A DNA stretch of 64,000 nucleotides from an uncultured Clostridia bacterium (GTDB lineage Bacteria; Bacillota; Clostridia; Christensenellales; UBA1242), in contig CANBAL010000004.1 in assembly GCA_947366545.1 (NCBI GenBank), forward strand, positions 29,136 to 93,135, in the 5' to 3' direction. The translations under genes and the position numbers were made by a program. The notes beneath the pieces were generated by a model, which saw only the letters and a program-made list of their open reading frames with translations, was not told where the DNA came from and searched no databases. Numbering within the stretch: the first letter of the stretch is position 1; the number at the start of each line of letters is the position of its first letter. This document shows positions 8,612 through 18,025 of the stretch, piece by piece.

Positions 8612-10786
8612 GTGTACGCTGAAGTAATCATTGACCAAGATGCCAAGGCACTTGATAAAGTGTTTGAATATATTGTACCAGATGATTTGCCTGCACGCGT
8701 AGGTATGCGTGCTATTGTGCCTTTTGGTGCGAGGTATATTCAAGGCTTTATTGTTGCCTTAAAAGAAAACTGCGATTATGATAAAAGCAAATTGCGTGCC
8801 ATTTCCTCTCTAGTTGAGGACTTTTCTGCAATAAAACCTGAAATGCTTTCACTTATGAAGTTTATGGCGGAAAAGTATCATTTGAAACTTGCTTCTATTT
8901 TAAGATTATTCTTGCCAAGTGAGATGAGGGAAGGCAAGGTTAAAGAACTTTTTATTACAAAGTATATTCTAAATAGTGAGGCTGATACTACATTATCAAA
9001 ATCAGCAAAAAAACAACAGGAAATTGTAGATTATTTAAAAGAAAATCTTTCTGCCACCTCAAGCGAACTTAGTGAAAAGTTTGGCGCGAGTGCGGTGAAA
9101 GCACTGGCTGAGAAAGGGATTATACTAAAACAAAAAGAGCAGATAAATCGCACCCCTTGGATTATGCAAGAGGGATTTAAAAAAGTGCAGTTAAATCCTA
9201 TGCAGCAAAATGCGGTGGACACTATACGCGAAAACAAAACCTATCTACTTCATGGTGTGACGGGCAGTGGTAAGACCGAGGTGTATATGCACCTTATTGA
9301 GAAAGAACTTTCGAAAGGCAAAAATGCGATTATGCTTGTGCCTGAAATTTCGTTGACACCTCAGATTATGGCAAACTTTAAGTCGCGATTTGGGGACAGC
9401 GTTGCACTTCTTCATAGCGGGCTTTCTGCGGGGGAACGCTTTGATGAATGGAAAAGGCTTTTTTCTGGGCAGGCACGCATTGCCATTGGTGCAAGGTCTG
9501 CAATTTTTGCTCCTCTTGAAAACTTAGGAATAATCATTATTGATGAAGAGCATGAGCAAAGTTATATTTCCGAGTCTAATCCAAGATACAACACACATGA
9601 TATTGCAACCTTTAGGGCAAAGTATAATGCTTGTCCATTACTTCTTGGCAGTGCTACGCCAAGTGTGGAGAGTTACGAAAAGGCGAAGAAGGGGGAGTAC
9701 ACTTTAATTGAACTTCCAGTGCGAGCCAACGGCAAAGATATGCCAAAGATACAAATTATTGATATGATAAATGAACTGCGGGCGGGAAACACAGGAATCT
9801 TCTCTTCGCAGCTTGTAAGTGACCTTGCAAAAGTGATTAACGACAAAAAGCAAGCTATGATTTTTATCAACAGGCGAGGATATGCCTCTTTTATGAGATG
9901 CCGTGAGTGTGGGTACATTGCAAAGTGTAGCGATTGCGATGTCAGCCTTGTATACCACAGGGAAGACAACCGCCTTAAATGCCATTATTGTGGCAAGCAG
10001 TTTAAGGTGCTTGACAAATGTCCACAGTGTGGCAGTGAGAATATTAAGCAGGGTGCGGTTGGCACAGAGAAGGTGGTGCAGGAACTTCGCAACATCTTTC
10101 CAAATGTGAAGGTCTTACGAATGGACAATGACACAACCTCCACCAAAAATGCACATCAAAAAATACTTAATGAATTTAAAAATACCCTTCCTGCTATCCT
10201 TGTGGGAACACAAATGATTGCAAAAGGGCATGATTTTGAAAATGTTGTGCTTGTGGGTATTGTGGATGCCGACCAAAGCCTATATCAAACGGACTACCGC
10301 AGCACCGAGAGAACCTTCCAACTTATCACGCAGGTTTCTGGGCGTGCGGGGAGAAGTCAAGATGAGGGAAAGGTTGTGCTTCAAACTTATGCACCAAGAC
10401 ATTATGTATACAAATTTGCATCCAACTATGATTACAAAGGTTTCTTTAAAAAAGAGGAGAATATACGCGAGGTTGCCTCTTTTCCACCTTTTTCTCGGAT
10501 TATACGCGTACTTTTTGCAGATACCGATGAAAATTATGTGCGAGACCTCTTGAAATTGTGTTATAATAATGCTATAAAATTAAAGGAAAAATATCCAAAT
10601 GAGATAATCTATATGGATGCCATGAAATCACCAATCAAGCGAATGCAAAACAAATTCCGCTATCAAATTCTTATGAGGGTAAGACTTGAGTATGCCGACG
10701 AAATAGAAAAAGATTTGTTTGAGATTGTGGACAAGGCGTCCAAAAACAGCGTATTTTTTGAGATTAATCCGCAAAATTTAAGTTAG
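8612..10786 (+). CDS. priA: Primosomal replication-restart helicase PriA
   Basis: Walker A GVTGSGKTEVY, a DEEH box, and the Cys4 zinc region CRECGYIAKCSDCDVSLVYHREDNRLKCHYCG...CPQCG. The likely start is the GTG at 8612, after the RBS AAGGAGGGAGG. The ORF track start is 8594. Confidence 0.9.
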   Translation: MYAEVIIDQDAKALDKVFEYIVPDDLPARVGMRAIVPFGARYIQGFIVALKENCDYDKSKLRAISSLVEDFSAIKPEMLSLMKFMAEKYHLKLASILRLFLPSEMREGKVKELFITKYILNSEADTTLSKSAKKQQEIVDYLKENLSATSSELSEKFGASAVKALAEKGIILKQKEQINRTPWIMQEGFKKVQLNPMQQNAVDTIRENKTYLLHGVTGSGKTEVYMHLIEKELSKGKNAIMLVPEISLTPQIMANFKSRFGDSVALLHSGLSAGERFDEWKRLFSGQARIAIGARSAIFAPLENLGIIIIDEEHEQSYISESNPRYNTHDIATFRAKYNACPLLLGSATPSVESYEKAKKGEYTLIELPVRANGKDMPKIQIIDMINELRAGNTGIFSSQLVSDLAKVINDKKQAMIFINRRGYASFMRCRECGYIAKCSDCDVSLVYHREDNRLKCHYCGKQFKVLDKCPQCGSENIKQGAVGTEKVVQELRNIFPNVKVLRMDNDTTSTKNAHQKILNEFKNTLPAILVGTQMIAKGHDFENVVLVGIVDADQSLYQTDYRSTERTFQLITQVSGRAGRSQDEGKVVLQTYAPRHYVYKFASNYDYKGFFKKEENIREVASFPPFSRIIRVLFADTDENYVRDLLKLCYNNAIKLKEKYPNEIIYMDAMKSPIKRMQNKFRYQILMRVRLEYADEIEKDLFEIVDKASKNSVFFEINPQNLS

Positions 10787-10795
10787 GAGAAAGGT

Positions 10796-11239
10796 ATGGC
10801 TATTAGAAAAGTAGTAGGAAAGGACGAGGAACTTATTAGAAAGAAAAGCAAGCCGGTTAGGGATTTTGATGAAAACCTTGACCAGCTACTCGATGATATG
10901 TGGGAGACCATGTATGCTTTTGACGGAATGGGACTTGCAGCGGTGCAGGTGGGAATCTTACGCCGTGCCTTTATTATTGATGTGAACGGAAAGAAAATGG
11001 AGTTTATTAATCCAGAGATTTATTATACCGAAGGCGAATGGGTGGAAGAAGAAGGCTGTCTTAGTGTAGGGAAGTTCCATGGCAAGGTGAAAAGACCATA
11101 CAAGATTAAAGTGAAGGCTGTGGACCGATATGGCGACCCTTTTAAACTTGAATGTGAAGGCTGGACGGCAAAGTGCATTTGTCATGAATGCGACCACCTT
11201 GACGGAATACTATTTACAGACAAATTGGAGAAGAAGTAA
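10796..11239 (+). CDS. def: Peptide deformylase
   Basis: 147 aa with motifs GLAAVQVG, EGCLSV and HECDHLDG. Confidence 0.95.
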   Translation: MAIRKVVGKDEELIRKKSKPVRDFDENLDQLLDDMWETMYAFDGMGLAAVQVGILRRAFIIDVNGKKMEFINPEIYYTEGEWVEEEGCLSVGKFHGKVKRPYKIKVKAVDRYGDPFKLECEGWTAKCICHECDHLDGILFTDKLEKK

Positions 11240-12153
11240 TGAAGATTTTGTTTTTAGGTACCCCTCATTTTTCTCGCCTTGTGCTTGAAAAACTTTGTGC
11301 TTCAAAGCATGAGGTGGTTGGGGTGATAACTCAGCCAGATAGACCTTCGGGACGAGGACATAAAATGGTGGCAAGCGAAGTGAAAGAATATGCCCTTTCA
11401 AACAACATACCTGTATATACCTTTGAGCGTGTGAATAGAAGTATGGACGAGGTGAGAAAGATTAATTACGACTACGCCCTTACTGCGTCCTTTGGGCAGA
11501 TACTTTCCTCAGAGTTTTTGGCAAACAGGCCATGTCTCAATGTTCACCCCTCACTTCTTCCAAAGTATCGCGGAGCGACACCTATTCAAACCGCACTTTT
11601 AAACGGGGACAAAGTGACTGGCGTTACCATTATGAAAATGGTGCGCGAGGTAGATGCGGGGGATATTCTGCTGCAAGAAAAATATGACATTTTGGATGAA
11701 GATACCACCGATACGCTTATGGAAAAGCTAGGTGTTATGGGCGGCGAAATGGCCGTGAAGGCTTTTGACCTAATTGAAAGCGGAAAGGCAAAATTTATTC
11801 CACAAGATGCTGAGCAAGCCACCTTTGTGAAGATGATTTCAAAAGAGGACGGCAAGATAGATTTTAACAAAAGTGCGAAAGAGATTGTAAATCAGTTTCG
11901 TGCCTATGGTAGCAAGCCAAGCGTATATTTTAATCTTGGCGAAGATGTGATAAAAGTGGGTGGAGTGAAGGATGCAAGCCTTGAGTTTAGTGGCAAGGCC
12001 GGAGAACTTATTTCCACAAAAAAGAGGCTTATCATTGGCTGCAAAAATGGAGCAGTGGAGATTTTATACGCTCAGGCACCTTCGGGGAAGATGTTAAAAG
12101 CACAAGACTTTTTAAATGGTTACCATTTTAAAGAGGGCGTAAATGCTGAGTGA
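11239..12153 (+). CDS. fmt: Methionyl-tRNA formyltransferase
   Basis: 304 aa with the Fmt N-terminal fold (ILFLGTP...VVGVITQPDRPSGRG, HPSLLPKYRG). It follows def, as in most bacteria. Confidence 0.9.
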   Translation: MKILFLGTPHFSRLVLEKLCASKHEVVGVITQPDRPSGRGHKMVASEVKEYALSNNIPVYTFERVNRSMDEVRKINYDYALTASFGQILSSEFLANRPCLNVHPSLLPKYRGATPIQTALLNGDKVTGVTIMKMVREVDAGDILLQEKYDILDEDTTDTLMEKLGVMGGEMAVKAFDLIESGKAKFIPQDAEQATFVKMISKEDGKIDFNKSAKEIVNQFRAYGSKPSVYFNLGEDVIKVGGVKDASLEFSGKAGELISTKKRLIIGCKNGAVEILYAQAPSGKMLKAQDFLNGYHFKEGVNAE

Positions 12154-13171
12154 TTTATCATTAGAAGAACTGAAAAATTATGTGAATGAAAAGGGGTTGC
12201 CTACTTTTAGAGGCAGTCAAATTTTTGATGCGATTTACAATGGAAAGGCAATTAATGAAATCACAAACCTGCCAAAGCCGTTATTAGAAGAAATTAGCGA
12301 GGAGTACCCTAAATACAAAATTGTAAAAAGATATGAAAGTAAGGACGGCACGAAAAAGTACATAATTGAGTTTTCTGACGGCGAAGTGGTGGAATGCGTG
12401 CTTATGAGTTACAAATATGGCAACACGATTTGTGTTTCCACCCAAGTGGGATGCCGAATGGGTTGTAAGTTTTGTGCCTCTGGACTGAACGGACTTAAAC
12501 GCAATCTATCAAGCGGTGAGATACTTGGACAGGTGCTGCTTGTAAACAAAGATTTGGGTGGCACAGTAAAAGAGCGTAAAATCACCAATATCGTGCTTAT
12601 GGGTAGCGGTGAGCCACTTGACAATTACGACAATGTCATAAAGTTTTTAAGGCTTGTGACAAGCGAAAATGGCTTAAACATAAGTGACCGCAATATCTCG
12701 CTTTCCACCTGCGGGCTTGTGCCAGAAATTTATCGGCTTGCTGACGAAGGGCTTAATATTACTTTAACTATCTCTCTGCACGCACCTAACGACGAGATTA
12801 GGCAAAGAACAATGCCTATTGCAAACAGATATTCTATCAAAGAAATTTTGGATGCTTGCCGAAACTACATAGACAAAACAAAAAGGCGGGTGGCAATCGA
12901 GTATACACTTATAAAGGGTGTAAATGATAGCAAAGTCTGTGCGGAAGAACTTATAAGACTTCTTAAAGGAATGCTATGCCATGTGAACATTATTCCACTT
13001 AATTATGTGAAAGAAAGGGGACTTACTGCTGCTACGCGTAAAGAGGCATATCAATTTGTTGGCCTCTTAGAAAAAGGCGGACTTTCTGCCACCGTGCGCC
13101 GTACCATGGGCGAAGATATTGCAGGCGCCTGCGGGCAACTGAGAAACTCCTACATGAGAGGTGAGGCATGA
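12143..13171 (+). CDS. rlmN: 23S rRNA/tRNA A2503-C2 methyltransferase RlmN (radical SAM)
   Basis: CxxxCxxC motif (CRMGCKFCASG), a C-terminal GxDIxAACGQL-like GEDIAGACGQL, and about 340 aa in length. Confidence 0.9.
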   Translation: MLSDLSLEELKNYVNEKGLPTFRGSQIFDAIYNGKAINEITNLPKPLLEEISEEYPKYKIVKRYESKDGTKKYIIEFSDGEVVECVLMSYKYGNTICVSTQVGCRMGCKFCASGLNGLKRNLSSGEILGQVLLVNKDLGGTVKERKITNIVLMGSGEPLDNYDNVIKFLRLVTSENGLNISDRNISLSTCGLVPEIYRLADEGLNITLTISLHAPNDEIRQRTMPIANRYSIKEILDACRNYIDKTKRRVAIEYTLIKGVNDSKVCAEELIRLLKGMLCHVNIIPLNYVKERGLTAATRKEAYQFVGLLEKGGLSATVRRTMGEDIAGACGQLRNSYMRGEA

Positions 13172-13998
13172 AGGGACTTGTAATAAAAAAGAATGCAGGG
13201 CTTTATGACATTGATACCGGAAAAGAGGTGATAACAATAAAAGCCTCTGGCAATGTAAAAAAACAGGGGCTATATGTAGGAGACAGGGTTGAGTTTGATG
13301 AGGTGATAACAAGCACGCTGGAGCGTAAAAATAAACTTATTCGTCCGCCGCTTGCCAATCTTGACAAACTATTTATCGTTGCGTCTCTTGTCCCAAAGCC
13401 AGATTTTGTTTTAATAGACAAACTTATTGTATACTCCTTAGTAAACGGGATTGAGCCTATTCTTGTTATTAACAAAACAGACATAATGGAGAAGGACTGC
13501 CAAGAAGAAATAAAAAACATATACAAAGACGCAGTAAAGGTGATTTTGGTATCTGCCGAAGAGGGAGAGGTTGAAGAGCTTAAAAATGAAATAAGTGGCA
13601 TCTCTGCCTTTGCGGGACAAAGTGCGGTGGGAAAAAGCTCACTAATCAACGCCTTACTTGGGAAGGAAAAGGCTGAAGTTGGCAGTTTATCAAAAAAGGT
13701 TGAGAGAGGAAAGCAGACCACAAGAATGACCTGTCTATACAAATGTAGTAGCGGGTATATTGCGGATACCGCAGGATTTTCACTGCTTGACGCCACACTT
13801 GTCCTTCCTATATCGCCGCAAGAGTTGGGGCGATATTATCCTGACTTTTTAAAATATTTGCAAAATTGCAAATTCCGCTCTTGTTTACATGAAATTTCTG
13901 GAAATTGTGGTATAATAGAAGGTGTAAACAAAGGCAAGATTAATAGAACAAGATATGAAAGTTATCTAAAAATACTAAGTGAATTAAAAGGAAAATAG
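13168..13998 (+). CDS. rsgA: Ribosome small-subunit-dependent GTPase A
   Basis: Circularly permuted GTPase (NKTD ... GQSAVGKSSLINAL) with a C-terminal zinc motif (CKFRSCLHEISGNCG). Confidence 0.9.
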   Translation: MKGLVIKKNAGLYDIDTGKEVITIKASGNVKKQGLYVGDRVEFDEVITSTLERKNKLIRPPLANLDKLFIVASLVPKPDFVLIDKLIVYSLVNGIEPILVINKTDIMEKDCQEEIKNIYKDAVKVILVSAEEGEVEELKNEISGISAFAGQSAVGKSSLINALLGKEKAEVGSLSKKVERGKQTTRMTCLYKCSSGYIADTAGFSLLDATLVLPISPQELGRYYPDFLKYLQNCKFRSCLHEISGNCGIIEGVNKGKINRTRYESYLKILSELKGK

Positions 13999-13999
13999 G

Positions 14000-14668
14000 A
14001 TGAAAAGAACTAATGTCTATATTTCGGTTTCTACCGACCCGATTGCAGATTATCAGGAAATAGTTGAGTATGCTAAGGAGCTTCAAGGGGAGGCGGACTT
14101 TATACACTGTGATGTTATGGACGGGCTGTTTGTGCCTAAAAAAACCTATGAGCAAACGGTGGTGGAAAGCATTAATCAAAACACACTTACTATGCTTGAT
14201 GTACACCTTATGGTGAAAGAGCCGATGGAACAACTTGAAGGATACATAAGGGCGGGGGCCAACATCTTGACTGTGCATTATGAGGCGTTTGAGGACAAAG
14301 AAGAACTTACAAAAGCACTTAAATATATTCAAAGCAGAGGTGTCCTTGCAGGACTGGCATTCAATCCAAGCACACCTTTTAATGATGTCAAGTTATTCTG
14401 TTATGATATAGATTTACTGCTTGTGATGAGTGTTGAGCCTGGTGCTAGCGGACAAAAAATGCTGCCTAACATAACTTCGCGAATTAAAAATATTGTCGCG
14501 TTTAGGCAGTCGAATGATTTAAATTTTAAAATTGAAGTGGATGGCGGCGTCAACGACGAGAACTCTCAATCACTTATTGATGCGGGGGCTGACATGCTTG
14601 TTAGCGGTAGTTATATTTTTAAGTCAAAGGACAGGTGTGCGGCTATAAAACTTTTGAAAAGGATTTAA
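14000..14668 (+). CDS. rpe: Ribulose-phosphate 3-epimerase
   Basis: 222 aa with motifs HCDVMDG, DVHLMV, MSVEPG and VDGG. Confidence 0.9.
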   Translation: MKRTNVYISVSTDPIADYQEIVEYAKELQGEADFIHCDVMDGLFVPKKTYEQTVVESINQNTLTMLDVHLMVKEPMEQLEGYIRAGANILTVHYEAFEDKEELTKALKYIQSRGVLAGLAFNPSTPFNDVKLFCYDIDLLLVMSVEPGASGQKMLPNITSRIKNIVAFRQSNDLNFKIEVDGGVNDENSQSLIDAGADMLVSGSYIFKSKDRCAAIKLLKRI

Positions 14669-14895
14669 AGAATGATGACATTGCCGCAAAGTACATCAAA
14701 ATAAGAAAATGTTTGGATGCATTGTGCCTTGCCATCGAGTTTTACTGTAAATACACTTGGATAGACATCTTTTATCACTCCGTTGATGGTGTCTATTTTT
14801 TTACGCCCTCTATTTATATTCATTTCAACGGTTGCACCTTTGAGCGCAGATATCTTTTGTTTGACCTCGTCAAGGCCTAGGGTTACCTTTCTCAT
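14665..14895 (-). CDS. veg: Veg family protein (DUF1021)
   Basis: 76 aa. The segment NRGRKKIDTINGVIKDVYPSVFTVKLD closely matches the B. subtilis Veg core (GGRRK...YPSVF). Its stop overlaps the rpe stop. Confidence 0.8.
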   Translation of the reverse strand: MRKVTLGLDEVKQKISALKGATVEMNINRGRKKIDTINGVIKDVYPSVFTVKLDGKAQCIQTFSYFDVLCGNVIIL

Positions 14896-15007
14896 ATAAT
14901 TCTCCTTGATAAAATATTGCCTTCTTAAAAATTTTTAAACATTTAAGTCATATTTGTCCCCCGTGGCGAGTATGATATACCGATATCGCAATGAGAGGGG
15001 GAATAAA

Positions 15008-16522
15008 ATGGCATTCGAATCAAACAATTTTAATGTGGTGAAGAAAACCAAGTTACCAAAGAGTGAACTTAGTGTTGAATGCAACATCGCTTGCCAAATG
15101 GCAAAAATCCTTACTGTTTCCACCGTGGCAACCGTGGTTAGCAGCGAGGTGCTTAGTGGCAGCATCAATTATGCAGGCAACATTGATGTGAGAATTGTCT
15201 ATATGACAGAGGACGGGGAGATTGGAAGTGTATCTTCAGCATGTCCTTTCACATCTAAATTTGAGGGCGACTATATTACAAGTGGGCAAAAAGCAATCAT
15301 AAGTGTAAAAGTGATTGATAGCCAGATAGAGAATGTTGGCACTGACAATGTGCGCCTTGTATGCAATGTTGAGCAGTCCGGCGTCCTTATTTCTAATCAA
15401 GAAATTCATTCTATTGCATCGAGCGATCCCGATGTTTGCACAAAAACCGAAGAAATAGAGGTGATTAGATTTGTTGGTGAGGCAACCGAAAGCAGCGAGA
15501 TAAAGAGTGAACTTCTTGTAAGAGAGCCTGTTAAAAAACTCATTCTAACAGAAAGCCAAGCACTTATAAAAGGTGTTGAAAGCGGAGTAAACTTTGTTTC
15601 AGTAACTGGAGAAGTGGTAACACGCTTACTTTATCTTACTGAAAATGACAAGTTCGAAACTGGTTATGTCTATGAAAGCTTTAAAGAAGAAATTGAACTT
15701 GAAGGTGCAACAAGGGACAGTCAAGTGGAGGCCTACGCTTTTGTGAAGTGTGACGGCACCAAGACTGAACTTGAAGAAAGCGATAAGGGGCTTAAAATTG
15801 CACTTACTATACCTGTTGTTTTTGCAGTTAAAGCCTATGAGAAAGCAAGCGTGACTGTGATAAAAGACTTATACAGTGTGAATAACGATATCAAGGTGTC
15901 AACAGAATCCTTTGATATGAGTGTAGTTTGCCCTATGGAACTCGTTGAAGGCAAAATTGACGGCTCACTCACACTTGACGAAGATAAGCCAAGGGTAGAC
16001 AAAATAATGTTTGTTGGCGGAAACAATGTTGTTGTAAGCAACAGCTATATTAAAGACGGCGAGATTGTTATTGAAGGAATTGCCTCTACAAGTGTAGTTT
16101 ATCTTAATGACGAGCTTGGGTCTTTCAACAGCGTGCAAATTGATGTGCCTTTTGTAATCACCGATAAGTTTAATTATGAAAATATTGAAGGTATTTTAAA
16201 TGTTGACGCGGTTGTATGCGATGTGGATGTTGTTGTGAAGAAGGGTAGAGAATTCTATTATGACGCCAAAGTGAAAGCGACCGTCAACTACTGTCATCCA
16301 GAGGTGTCGGGTGTTATTACAAACGCTGAAGCACTTGAAGCATATCCTGAAAAAGATTATGGCATGGAACTTATCTTTGCCCATCTTGGAGAGGATTCTT
16401 GGGACATTGCTAAGGCGGCTCACATTCGTGAAGAACAACTAATTTTACAAAATCCTGAAATTTTATTCCCTTTACAAGAAGATAAAAACCTTGTTCTGTT
16501 TTATCAAAAACAGGCAAATTAA
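15008..16522 (+). CDS. SPOCS/DUF3794-type repeat protein with a C-terminal LysM-like segment (SipL-like spore morphogenetic protein)
   Basis: The ATG at 15008 follows the RBS GAGAGGGGG. The body is repetitive and beta-rich (VxxSxxxGxIxxxGxI type). The C-terminus (LIFAHLGEDSWDIAKAAHIREEQLILQNPE) is LysM-like. Its position beside veg agrees with my recollection of clostridial sipL placement. Confidence 0.5.
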   Translation: MAFESNNFNVVKKTKLPKSELSVECNIACQMAKILTVSTVATVVSSEVLSGSINYAGNIDVRIVYMTEDGEIGSVSSACPFTSKFEGDYITSGQKAIISVKVIDSQIENVGTDNVRLVCNVEQSGVLISNQEIHSIASSDPDVCTKTEEIEVIRFVGEATESSEIKSELLVREPVKKLILTESQALIKGVESGVNFVSVTGEVVTRLLYLTENDKFETGYVYESFKEEIELEGATRDSQVEAYAFVKCDGTKTELEESDKGLKIALTIPVVFAVKAYEKASVTVIKDLYSVNNDIKVSTESFDMSVVCPMELVEGKIDGSLTLDEDKPRVDKIMFVGGNNVVVSNSYIKDGEIVIEGIASTSVVYLNDELGSFNSVQIDVPFVITDKFNYENIEGILNVDAVVCDVDVVVKKGREFYYDAKVKATVNYCHPEVSGVITNAEALEAYPEKDYGMELIFAHLGEDSWDIAKAAHIREEQLILQNPEILFPLQEDKNLVLFYQKQAN

Positions 16523-16525
16523 ATA

Positions 16526-16555
16526 AAAGCCGCACCTTAAGTGCGGCTTTTATTT
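16526..16555 (+). terminator. Intrinsic terminator
   Basis: Hairpin GCCGCAC (16529-16535) / GTGCGGC (16541-16547) followed by a T-run. Confidence 0.8.
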
Positions 16556-16584
16556 AAAAAAATACAAAAAATTGGAAAATACGC

Positions 16585-16612
16585 TTGACTCCCCCCCCCG
16601 TGGTGTTATTAT
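16585..16612 (+). promoter_or_regulatory. Sigma-A promoter whose spacer contains a C9 tract
   Basis: TTGACT (16585-16590), a 16-nt spacer made of C9 plus GTGGTGT (ending in TGt), then TATTAT (16607-16612). The RBS AAGGAG and the ATG at 16635 follow. Confidence 0.6.
16591..16599 (+). repeat. C9 homopolymer tract in a promoter spacer
   Basis: The sequence reads directly as ttgact-CCCCCCCCC-gtgg. Confidence 0.95.
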
Positions 16613-16634
16613 AAAAATATATAAGGAGATACCT

Positions 16635-17387
16635 ATGAAAATTAAAACCGCAAAAATATTAAGCGTATTTTTCTTCCTCATATTTGTTATCGCTCTTCCA
16701 CTTGTATGTACCTTTATTCCATACAGGGAGCCAGTACTTATTGAGGCGTCTTTTAATATAGCACCTGCTGAGGGGACAAGTGTGGTGGTGTATGGCGAAC
16801 TTTACAATCCTACAATCGTAACGATTGAAGATTTGGAAATTCAAATCAACTTTTATAATGAAAATGATGAGTTTATCACTACAAAAAAAGTTAATGTAAC
16901 TTTGAATGTTGGTGCTGGACAGACAAAAGAGTTTATTGAGACAATAAATGTTGGCACTGTACTTAATGAGCAGTGCCAGTATGGAGTAGGCGATATACTT
17001 TACACCTATACACAACTTTCTTGGTATCTATATTTCTGCATGGGCATTTGTGCTTACTTTATAACCTTCCTATTACTTGGAAAACAAAAATATTACTTTG
17101 AAGTGAATGGACAGAAGGTGGAGGTGTTTGCATCTTCTTACAAATTAGCCCTTATTGTTGACGGGGAGAAGGTGGCTGAAACTACTCAAAGAAAGGGCAT
17201 TATGCTGGACCTTGAATACAAACTTGGCGAAAGTGAAATTAAGGTGGAGTCTAGAAACCCTATAATCCTTCCTGGGCCAAAGGTGACAATCATGGTTGAC
17301 GGCAGCAAGCCTACAATCACAGATACTAAACAACATGGATTTATTAAGATAGAAAGCAAAAAGAAGGAAAATGAAGTCTTGCAGTAG
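16635..17387 (+). CDS. Hypothetical membrane protein
   Basis: The ATG at 16635 follows a good RBS. The listed 16572 start runs through the promoter. There is an N-terminal TM helix (ILSVFFFLIFVIALPLV), a second TM (WYLYFCMGICAYFITFLLLG), and beta-rich soluble segments. I recognise no family. Confidence 0.6.
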   Translation: MKIKTAKILSVFFFLIFVIALPLVCTFIPYREPVLIEASFNIAPAEGTSVVVYGELYNPTIVTIEDLEIQINFYNENDEFITTKKVNVTLNVGAGQTKEFIETINVGTVLNEQCQYGVGDILYTYTQLSWYLYFCMGICAYFITFLLLGKQKYYFEVNGQKVEVFASSYKLALIVDGEKVAETTQRKGIMLDLEYKLGESEIKVESRNPIILPGPKVTIMVDGSKPTITDTKQHGFIKIESKKKENEVLQ

Positions 17388-17470
17388 TGCAAGACTTTTT
17401 TTTCGCATAATTGACATTTTTTTCATGATACCTCTTAAATTTTGGTCAAAAAAAACTTTAAGAGGTTTTT

Positions 17471-18007
17471 ATGAAATACATAATATCAATTTTATCAGTT
17501 GTGGGAATAGCGGTGATTTTGCTTGTATGTGGGCTTTGTCCTTCTGGCGGGCAGGAAGTGGAATATCTACGAATACATATCCGTGCGAACTCAAATTCCG
17601 AGGTCGACCAAGCAGTAAAATACATTGTCAAAGATGCGGTGGTTGAAGCACTTATTCCTATTCTAAGTGATATCCACACCAAAGATGAGGCAGTGAAGGC
17701 TATGGAGAAAAACTTTGATTACATAGAAAGCGTAGCCAACGCAGTTTTAAAAGAGGAAGGCTTTGAATATACTGCCCATGCAAAAATTAATAATGAATAT
17801 TTCCCGCTGCGCACCTATGAGAATAAAAATGGTAGTCTGACCCTTAAAGAAGGCTATTATGACGCCCTCATTTTGGAACTTGGTAGTGGCAATGGCAACA
17901 ACTGGTGGTGTGTTGTTTATCCGGCATTTTGTTTTACCGAAACCAAAAATTTCGACAATATTGTGTATATTTCTAAAATTTGGGAAATACTTAAAAGTGT
18001 AACATAA
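17471..18007 (+). CDS. spoIIR: Stage II sporulation protein R
   Basis: Signal/TM N-terminus, then LRIHIRANSNSEVDQAVKYIVKDAV and NWWCVVYP. Both are SpoIIR hallmarks. Confidence 0.85.
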   Translation: MKYIISILSVVGIAVILLVCGLCPSGGQEVEYLRIHIRANSNSEVDQAVKYIVKDAVVEALIPILSDIHTKDEAVKAMEKNFDYIESVANAVLKEEGFEYTAHAKINNEYFPLRTYENKNGSLTLKEGYYDALILELGSGNGNNWWCVVYPAFCFTETKNFDNIVYISKIWEILKSVT

Positions 18008-18025
18008 ATTTTTTTGGAGGTAAAA

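Noticed and set aside
14635-14880. An 81-aa plus-strand ORF opposite veg. The same situation occurs at 20310-20492 (opposite spoVG) and 8291-8743 (opposite rpoZ).
   Set aside because: The opposite-strand products match the well-known Veg, SpoVG and RpoZ sequences almost motif for motif. These ORFs are shadows.
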